A stretch of DNA of 64,000 nt from Auanema rhodensis. Taxonomy: Eukaryota; Animalia; Nematoda. A model generated the notes under the pieces. The model ran no database searches. It saw only the letters and a program-made list of their open reading frames with translations, and was not told where the DNA came from. Below, piece by piece: positions 54,000 through 64,000 of the stretch. The stretch spans positions 4,092,001 to 4,156,000 of the forward strand of contig OZ059896.1 in NCBI GenBank assembly GCA_964057225.1. The letters are read 5' to 3'. How positions within the stretch are numbered: the stretch's first letter is position 1; every line of letters begins with the position of its first letter. The position numbers were made by a program, and so were the translations under genes.

Positions 54000-56900
54000 A
54001 TAGTACAGATCGACGCAGCTTAAAAATCCGCATCGAATACACTATACTACATTGAGAAACGCTTAATACAAAAATTAGTTATGATCGTTTGAAAAATGAT
54101 GCATTAGTGTATGTTGAGTTTCCATGTACACTCAAAATTGCTTCCAAAAACATTTTGACAAAAATTTTTTCAAAAAATTTCAAAATAATTTAGCGAAAAG
54201 TAGATGTTTTTAGATTCCTGTTTTCAAGGCAAAAACGATGGACGATGTTATTCAACGAAAAAATTAATTCTTCAGGGTGAAAATCGAGGATATAGGTGTG
54301 AACTTATATCAGTTGATATCTCGGTGCATTTTCAAGCTAGCGCAAATCTGATAGTACAGATCGACGCAGCTTAAAAATCCGCATCGAATGCACTATACTA
54401 CATTGAGAAACGCTTAATAAAAAAATTAGTTATGATCGTTTGAAAAATGATGCATTAGTGTATGTCGAGTTTCCATGTACACTCAAAATTGCTTCCAAAA
54501 ACATTTTGACAAAAATTTTTTCGAAAAATTTCAAAATAATTTAGCAAAAAGTAGATGTTTTTAGATTCCTTTTTTCGAGGCAAAAACGATGGACAATGTT
54601 ATTCAACGAAAAAATAATTCTTCAGGGTAAAAATCGAGGATATAAGTGTGAACTTATATCAGTTGATATCTCGGTGCATTTTCAAGCTAGCGCAAATCTG
54701 ATAGTACAGATCGACGCAGCTTAAAAATCCGCATCGAATGCACTATACTACATTGAGAAACGCTTAATACAAAAATTAGTTATGATCGTTTGAAAAATGA
54801 TGCATTAGTGTATGTTGAGTTTCCATGTACACTCAAAATTGCTTCCAAAAACATTTTGACAAAAATTTTTTCGAAAAATTTCAAAATAATTTAGCAAAAA
54901 GTAGATGTTTTTAGATTCCTTTTTTCAAGGCAAAAACGATGGACAATGTTATTCAACGAAAAAATTAATTCTTCAGGGTGAAAATAGAGGATATAGGTGT
55001 AAACTTATATCAGTTGATATCTCGGTGCATTTTCAAGCCAGCGCAAATCTGATAGTACAGATCGACGCAGCTTAAAAATCCGCATCGAATGCACTATACT
55101 ACATTGAGAAACGCTTAATAAAAAAATTAGTTATGATCGTTTGAAAAATGATGCATTAGTGTATGTTGAGTTTCCATGTACACTCCAAATTGCTTCCAAA
55201 AACATTTTGACAAAAAATATTTCGAAAAATTTCAAAATAATTTAGCGAAAAGTAGATGTTTTTAGATTCCTTTTTTCGAGGCAAAAACGATGGACAATGT
55301 TATTCAACGAAAAAATTAATTCTTCAGGGTGAAAATCGAAAATATAAGTGTGAACTTATATCAGTTGATATCTCGGTGCATTTTCAAGCTAGCGCAAATC
55401 TGATAGTACAGATCGACGCAGCTTAAAAATCCGCATCGAATGCACTATACTACATTGAGAAACGCTTAATAAAAAAATTAGTTATGATCGTTTGAAAAAT
55501 GATGCATTAGTGTATGTTGAGTTTCCATGTACACTCCAAATTGCTTCCAAAAACATTTTGACAAAAAATATTTCGAAAAATTTCAAAATAATTTAGCGAA
55601 AAGTAGATGTTTTTAGATTCCTTTTTTCGAGGCAAAAACGATGGACAATGTTATTCAACGAAAAAATTAATTCTTCAGGGTGAAAATCGAAAATATAAGT
55701 GTGAACTTATATCAGTTGATATCTCGGTGAATTTTTCAGCTAGCGCAAATCTGATAACACAGATCGACGCAGCTTAAAAATCCGCATCGAATGCACTATA
55801 CTACATTGAGAAACGCTTTATACCAAAAATAGTTATGATCGTTTGAAAAATGATGCATTAGTGTATGTTGAGTTTCCATGTACACTCAAAATTGCTTCCA
55901 AAAACATTTTGACAAAAATTTTTTCGAAAAATTTCAAAATAATTTAGCGAAAAGTAGATGTTTTTAGATTCCTTTTTTCGAGGCAAAAACGATGGACAAT
56001 ATTATTCAACGAAAAAAGTAATTCTTCAGGGTGAAAATCGAGGATATAAGTGTGAACTTATATCAGTTGATATCTCGGTGCATTTTCAAGCTAGCGCAAA
56101 TCTGATAGTACAGATCGACGCAGCTTAAAAATCCGCATCGAATACACTATACTACATTGAGAAACGCTTAATACAAAAATTAGTTATGATCGTTTGAAAA
56201 ATGATGCATTAGTGTATGTTGAGTTTCCATGTACACTCAAAATTGCTTCCAAAAACATTTTGACAAAAATTTTTTCAAAAAATTTCAAAATAATTTAGCG
56301 AAAAGTAGATGTTTTTAGATTCCTGTTTTCAAGGCAAAAACGATGGACGATGTTATTCAACGAAAAAATTAATTCTTCAGGGTGAAAATCGAGGATATAG
56401 GTGTGAACTTATATCAGTTGATATCTCGGTGCATTTTCAAGCTAGCGCAAATCTGATAGTACAGATCGACGCAGCTTAAAAATCCGCATCGAATGCACTA
56501 TACTACATTGAGAAACGCTTAATAAAAAAATTAGTTATGATCGTTTGAAAAATGATGCATTAGTGTATGTCGAGTTTCCATGTACACTCAAAATTGCTTC
56601 CAAAAACATTTTGACAAAAATTTTTTCGAAAAATTTCAAAATAATTTAGCAAAAAGTAGATGTTTTTAGATTCCTTTTTTCGAGGCAAAAACGATGGACA
56701 ATGTTATTCAACGAAAAAATAATTCTTCAGGGTAAAAATCGAGGATATAAGTGTGAACTTATATCAGTTGATATCTCGGTGCATTTTCAAGCTAGCGCAA
56801 ATCTGATAGTACAGATCGACGCAGCTTAAAAATCCGCATCGAATGCACTATACTACATTGAGAAACGCTTAATACAAAAATTAGTTATGATCGTTTGAAA

Positions 56901-59900
56901 AATGATGCATTAGTGTATGTTGAGTTTCCATGTACACTCAAAATTGCTTCCAAAAACATTTTGACAAAAATTTTTTCGAAAAATTTCAAAATAATTTAGC
57001 AAAAAGTAGATGTTTTTAGATTCCTTTTTTCAAGGCAAAAACGATGGACAATGTTATTCAACGAAAAAATTAATTCTTCAGGGTGAAAATAGAGGATATA
57101 GGTGTAAACTTATATCAGTTGATATCTCGGTGCATTTTCAAGCCAGCGCAAATCTGATAGTACAGATCGACGCAGCTTAAAAATCCGCATCGAATGCACT
57201 ATACTACATTGAGAAACGCTTTATACCAAAATTAGTTATGATCGTTTGAAAAATGATGCATTAGTGTATGTTGAGTTTCCATGTACACTCCAAATTGCTT
57301 CCAAAAACATTTTGACAAAAAATATTTCGAAAAATTTCAAAATAATTTAGCGAAAAGTAGATGTTTTTAGATTCCTTTTTTCGAGGCAAAAACGATGGAC
57401 AATGTTATTCAACGAAAAAATTAATTCTTCAGGGTGAAAATCGAAAATATAAGTGTGAACTTATATCAGTTGATATCTCGGTGCATTTTCAAGCTAGCGC
57501 AAATCTGATAGTACAGATCGACGCAGCTTAAAAATCCGCATCGAATGCACTATACTACATTGAGAAACGCTTAATAAAAAAATTAGTTATGATCGTTTGA
57601 AAAATGATGCATTAGTGTATGTTGAGTTTCCATGTACACTCCAAATTGCTTCCAAAAACATTTTGACAAAAAATATTTCGAAAAATTTCAAAATAATTTA
57701 GCGAAAAGTAGATGTTTTTAGATTCCTTTTTTCGAGGCAAAAACGATGGACAATGTTATTCAACGAAAAAATTAATTCTTCAGGGTGAAAATCGAAAATA
57801 TAAGTGTGAACTTATATCAGTTGATATCTCGGTGAATTTTTCAGCTAGCGCAAATCTGATAACACAGATCGACGCAGCTTAAAAATCCGCATCGAATGCA
57901 CTATACTACATTGAGAAACGCTTTATACCAAAAATAGTTATGATCGTTTGAAAAATGATGCATTAGTGTATGTTGAGTTTCCATGTACACTCAAAATTGC
58001 TTCCAAAAACATTTTGACAAAAATTTTTTCGAAAAATTTCAAAATAATTTAGCGAAAAGTAGATGTTTTTAGATTCCTTTTTTCGAGGCAAAAACGATGG
58101 ACAATATTATTCAACGAAAAAAGTAATTCTTCAGGGTGAAAATCGAGGATATAAGTGTGAACTTATATCAGTTGATATCTCGGTGCATTTTCAAGCTAGC
58201 GCAAATCTGATAGTACAGATCGACGCAGCTTAAAAATCCGCATCGAATACACTATACTACATTGAGAAACGCTTAATACAAAAATTAGTTATGATCGTTT
58301 GAAAAATGATGCATTAGTGTATGTTGAGTTTCCATGTACACTCAAAATTGCTTCCAAAAACATTTTGACAAAAATTTTTTCAAAAAATTTCAAAATAATT
58401 TAGCGAAAAGTAGATGTTTTTAGATTCCTGTTTTCAAGGCAAAAACGATGGACGATGTTATTCAACGAAAAAATTAATTCTTCAGGGTGAAAATCGAGGA
58501 TATAGGTGTGAACTTATATCAGTTGATATCTCGGTGCATTTTCAAGCTAGCGCAAATCTGATAGTACAGATCGACGCAGCTTAAAAATCCGCATCGAATG
58601 CACTATACTACATTGAGAAACGCTTAATAAAAAAATTAGTTATGATCGTTTGAAAAATGATGCATTAGTGTATGTCGAGTTTCCATGTACACTCAAAATT
58701 GCTTCCAAAAACATTTTGACAAAAATTTTTTCGAAAAATTTCAAAATAATTTAGCAAAAAGTAGATGTTTTTAGATTCCTTTTTTCGAGGCAAAAACGAT
58801 GGACAATGTTATTCAACGAAAAAATAATTCTTCAGGGTAAAAATCGAGGATATAAGTGTGAACTTATATCAGTTGATATCTCGGTGCATTTTCAAGCTAG
58901 CGCAAATCTGATAGTACAGATCGACGCAGCTTAAAAATCCGCATCGAATGCACTATACTACATTGAGAAACGCTTAATACAAAAATTAGTTATGATCGTT
59001 TGAAAAATGATGCATTAGTGTATGTTGAGTTTCCATGTACACTCAAAATTGCTTCCAAAAACATTTTGACAAAAATTTTTTCGAAAAATTTCAAAATAAT
59101 TTAGCAAAAAGTAGATGTTTTTAGATTCCTTTTTTCAAGGCAAAAACGATGGACAATGTTATTCAACGAAAAAATTAATTCTTCAGGGTGAAAATAGAGG
59201 ATATAGGTGTAAACTTATATCAGTTGATATCTCGGTGCATTTTCAAGCCAGCGCAAATCTGATAGTACAGATCGACGCAGCTTAAAAATCCGCATCGAAT
59301 GCACTATACTACATTGAGAAACGCTTTATACCAAAATTAGTTATGATCGTTTGAAAAATGATGCATTAGTGTATGTTGAGTTTCCATGTACACTCCAAAT
59401 TGCTTCCAAAAACATTTTGACAAAAAATATTTCGAAAAATTTCAAAATAATTTAGCGAAAAGTAGATGTTTTTAGATTCCTTTTTTCGAGGCAAAAACGA
59501 TGGACAATGTTATTCAACGAAAAAATTAATTCTTCAGGGTGAAAATCGAAAATATAAGTGTGAACTTATATCAGTTGATATCTCGGTGAATTTTTCAGCT
59601 AGCGCAAATCTGATAACACAGATCGACGCAGCTTAAAAATCCGCATCGAATGCACTATACTACATTGAGAAACGCTTTATACCAAAATTAGTTATGATCG
59701 TTTGAAAAATGATGCATTAGTGTATGTTGAGTTTCCATGTACACTCAAAATTGCTTCCAAAAACATTTTGACAAAAATTTTTTCGAAAAATTTCAAAATA
59801 ATTTAGCGAAAAGTAGATGTTTTTAGATTCCTTTTTTCGAGGCAAAAACGATGGACAATGTTATTCAACGAAAAAATTAATTCTTCAGGGTGAAAATCGA

Positions 59901-60000
59901 GGATATAAGTGTGAACTTATATCAGTTGATATCTCGGTGCATTTTCAAGCTAGCGCAAATCTGATAGTACAGATCGACGCAGCTTAAAAATCCGCATCGA
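54000..60000. repeat. Higher-order repeat, 6-mer (2105 bp), about three copies (third lacks one monomer)
   Basis: attcctgttttc with ggacgatg has its g at 54220, 56325 and 58430. gggtaaaaat, aatagaggatataggtgtaaac and aagccagc recur at 2105-bp spacing. Confidence 0.9.
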
Positions 60001-60059
60001 ATACACTATACTACATTGAGAAACGCTTAATACAAAAATTAGTTATGATTGTTTGAAAA

Positions 60060-61750
60060 ATGATGCATTAGTGTATGTTGAGTTTCCATGTACACTCAAA
60101 ATTGCTTCCAAAAACATTTTGACAAAAATTTTTTCGAAAAATTTCAAAATAATTTAGCGAAAAGTAGATGTTTTTAGATTCCTTTTTTTGAGGCAAAAAC
60201 GATGGACAATGTTATTCAACGAAAAAATTAATTCTTCAGGGTGAAAATCGAAGATATAAGTGTGAACTTATATCAGTTGATATCTCGGTGCATTTTTAAG
60301 CTAGCGGAAATTTGATAACACAGATCGACGCAGCTTAAAAATCCGCATCGAATGCACTATACTACATTAAGAAAAGCTTAATACAAAAATTAGTTATGAT
60401 CGTTTGAAAAATGATGCATTAGTGTATGTTGAGTTTCCATGTACACTCAACATTGCTTCCAAAAACATTTTGACAAAAATTTTTTCGAAAAATTTCAAAA
60501 TAATTTAGCGAAAAGTAGATGTTTTTAGATTCCTTTTTTCGAGGCAAAAACGATGGACAATGTTATTCAACGAAAAAATTAATTCTTCAGGGTGAAAATC
60601 GAGGATATAAGTGTGAACTTATATCAGTTGATATCTCGGTGCATTTTCAAGCTAGCGCAAATCTGATAGTACAGATCGACGCAGCTTAAAAATCCGCATC
60701 GAATACACTATACTACATTGAGAAACGCTTAATACAAAAATTAGTTATGATCGTTTGAAAAATGATGCATTAGTGTATGTTGAGTTTCCATGTACACTCA
60801 AAATTGCTTCCAAAAACATTTTGACAAAAATTTTTTCAAAAAATTTCAAAATAATTTAGCGAAAAGTAGATGTTTTTAGATTCCTGTTTTCAAGGCAAAA
60901 ACGATGGACAATGTTATTCAACGAAAAAATTAATTCTTCAGGGTGAAAATCGAGGATATAGGTGTGAACTTATATCAGTTGATATCTCGGTGCATTTTCA
61001 AGCTAGCGCAAATCTGATAGTACAGATCGACGCAGCTTAAAAATCCGCATCGAATGCACTATACTACATTGAGAAACGCTTAATACAAAAATTAGTTATG
61101 ATCGTTTAAAAAATGATGCATTAGTGTATGTTGAGTTTCCATGTACACTCAAAATTGCTTCCAAAAACATTTTGACAAAAATTTTTTCGAAAAATTTCAA
61201 AATAATTTAGCGAAAAGTAGATGTTTTTAGATTCCTTTTTTTGAGGCAAAAACGATGGACAATGTTATTCAACGAAAAAATTAATTCTTCAGGGTGAAAA
61301 TCGAAGATATAAGTGTGAACTTATATCAGTTGATATCTCGGTGCATTTTTAAGCTAGCGGAAATTTGATAACACAGATCGACGCAGCTTAAAAAACCGCA
61401 TCGAATGCACTATACTACATTAAGAAAAGCTTAATACAAAAATTAGTTATGATCGTTTGAAAAATGATGCATTAGTGTATGTTGAGTTTCCATGTACACT
61501 CAACATTGCTTCCAAAAACATTTTGACAAAAATTTTTTCGAAAAATTTCAAAATAATTTAGCGAAAAGTAGATGTTTTTAGATTCCTTTTTTCGAGGCAA
61601 AAACGATGGACAATGTTATTCAACGAAAAAATTAATTCTTCAGGGTGAAAATCGAGGATATAAGTGTGAACTTATATCAGTTGATATCTCGGTGCATTTT
61701 CAAGCTAGCGCAAATCTGATAGTACAGATCGACGCAGCTTAAAAATCCGC
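60060..61750. repeat. Partial duplication at a 3-monomer offset (1053 bp)
   Basis: The rare tcgaagatat occurs at 60248 and 61301, with matching neighbouring alleles. Confidence 0.7.
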
Positions 61751-64000
61751 ATCGAATGCACTATACTACATTGAGAAACGCTTAATACAAAAATTAGTTA
61801 TGATCGTTTGAAAAATGATGCATTAGTGTATGTTGAGTTTCCATGTACACTCAAAATTGCTTCCAAAAACATTTTGACAAAAATTTTTTCAAAAAATTTC
61901 AAAATAATTTAGCGAAAAGTAGATGTTTTTAGATTCCTTTTTTCAAGGCAAAAACGATGGACAATGTTATTCAACGAAAAAAATAATTCTTCAGGGTGAA
62001 AATCGAGGATATATGTGTGAACTTATATCAGTTGATATCTCGGTGCATTTTTAAGCTAGCGCAAATCTGATAGTACAGATCGACGCAGCTTATAATCCGC
62101 ATCGAATGCACTATACTACATTGAGAAACGCTTAATACAAAAATAAGTTATGATCGTTTGAAAAATGATGCATTAGTGTATGTTGAGTTTCCATGTACAC
62201 TCAAAATTGCTTCCAAAAACATTTTGACAAAAATTTTTTCAAAAAATTTCAAAATAATTTAGCGAAAAGTAGATGTTTTTAGATTCCTTTTTTCAAGGCA
62301 AAAACGATGGACAATGTTATTCAACGAAAAAATTAATTCTTCAGGGTGAAAATCGAGGATATAGGTGTGAACTTATATCAGTTGATATCTCGGTGCATTT
62401 TTAAGCTAGCGCAAATCTGATAGTACAGATCGACGCAGCTTAATAATCCGCATCGAATGCACTATACTACATTGAGAAACGCTTAAAACAAAAAATAGTT
62501 ATGATCTTTTGAAAAATGATGCATTAGTGTATGTTGAGTTTCCATGTACACTCAAAATTGCTTCCAAAAACATTTTGACAAAAATTTTTTCGAAAAATTT
62601 CAAAATAATTTAGCAAAAAGTAGATGTTTTTAGATTCCTTTTTTCGAGGCAAAAACGATGGACAATGTTATTCAACGAAAAAATTAATTCTTCAGGGTGA
62701 AAATCGAGGATATAAGTGTGAACTTATATCAGTTGATATCTCGGTGCATTTTCAAGCTAGCGCAAATCTGATAGTACAGATCGACGCAGCTTAAAAATCC
62801 GCATCGAATACACTATACTACATTGAGAAACGCTTAATACAAAAATTAGTTATGATCGTTTGAAAAATGATGCATTAGTGTATGTTGAGTTTCCATGTAC
62901 ACTCAAAATTGCTTCCAAAAACATTTTGACAAAAAATTTTCGTAAAATTTCAAAATAATTTAGCGAAAAGTAGATGTTTTTAGATTCCTTTTTTCAAGGC
63001 AAAAACGATGGACAATGTTATTCAACGAAAAAATTAATTCTTCAGGGTGAAAATCGAGGATATAAGTGTGAACTTATATCAGTTGATATCTCGGTGCATT
63101 TTCAAGCTAGCGCAAATCTGATAGTACAGATCGACGCAGCTTAAAAATCCGCATTGAATGCACTATACTACATTGTGAAAAGCTTAATACAAAAATTAGT
63201 TATGATCGTTTGAAAAATGATGCATTAGTGTATGTTGAGTTTCCATGTACACTCAAAATTGCTTCCAAAAACATTTTGACAAAAATTTTTTCGAAAAATT
63301 TCAAAATAATTTAGCAAAAAGTAAATGTTTTTAGATTCCTTTTTTCAAGGCAAAAACGATGGACAATGTTATTCAACGAAAAAATTAATTCTTCAGGGTG
63401 AAAATCGAGGATATAAGTGTGAACTTATATCAGTTGATATCTCGGTGCATTTTCAAGCTAGCGCAAATCTGATAGTACAGATCGAAGCAGCTTAAAAACC
63501 CGCATCGAATGCACTATACTACATTAAGAAAAGCTTAATACAAAAATTAGTTATGATCGTTTGAAAAATGATGCAATAGTGTATGTTGAGTTTCCATGTA
63601 CACTCAAAATTGCTTCCAAAAACATTTTGACAAAAATTTTTTCAAAAAATTTCAAAATAATTTAGCGAAAAGTAGATGTTTTTAGATTCCTTTTTTCAAG
63701 GCAAAAACGATGGACAATGTTATTCAACGAAAAAATTAATTCTTCAGGGTGAAAATCGAGGATATAGGTGTGAACTTATATCAGTTGATATCTCGGTGCA
63801 TTTTTCAGCTAGCGCAAATCGGATGACACAGATCGACGCAGCTTAAAAATCCGCATCGAATGCACTATATTACATTTAAAAACGCTTAATACCAAAATTA
63901 GTTATGATCGTTTGAAAAATGATGCATTAGTGTATGTCGAGTTTCCATGTACACTCAAAATTGCTTCCAAAAACATTTTGACAAAAATTTTTTCGAAAAA

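Larger units (their letters stand above)
1..64000. repeat. Tandem satellite DNA array, ~351-bp monomer, ~182 head-to-tail copies, running off both window ends
   Basis: gaatgcactatactacat recurs at 1, 352, 703 and onward. ORF starts recur every 351 bp (55, 406, 757...). Copies differ by a few substitutions and occasional 1-bp indels. No non-repeat interruption or inversion seen. Confidence 0.99.
9121..64000. repeat. Satellite subfamily B domain (~156 monomers)
   Basis: Diagnostic alleles: ttttttcgaaa, aatttagc(g/a)aaa, aggcaaaaacg, ggacaatg, caacgaaa, gaacttata, mostly ctcaaaattg. The first B-type core is at ~9180-9370. Confidence 0.95.

Noticed and set aside
1-64000. CRISPR-like or integron-cassette-like array (hairpin repeats with a variable segment)
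   Set aside because: There are no unique spacers or cassettes, the variable segment is a few related haplotypes, the period is 351 bp, and no cas or integrase gene is present.

Overview
The whole 64 kb is one uninterrupted head-to-tail satellite DNA array of a ~351-bp AT-rich monomer (about 30% GC by my count of copy 1; about 182 copies, all in the same orientation). It looks eukaryotic, possibly (peri)centromeric or heterochromatic. I cannot identify the species or a named satellite family. I find no supportable genes, RNA genes, CRISPR array or inserted mobile element, and the listed ORFs are by-products of the monomer. The structure lies in the variants. (1) There is an abrupt switch from subfamily A (1-~9.1 kb) to subfamily B. 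(2) B is layered: its two ends share rare alleles, while a central ~13.3-47.8 kb block carries its own. (3) Several local higher-order repeats (3-, 4-, 6-, 7-mers) and long-range block duplications are present. (4) A short B-type patch sits inside A. (5) The monomer is rich in inverted repeats, and several variants hit paired positions in a compensatory or palindrome-perfecting way. (6) Many polymorphisms are CpG transitions. All comparisons were made by eye and need alignment to confirm.
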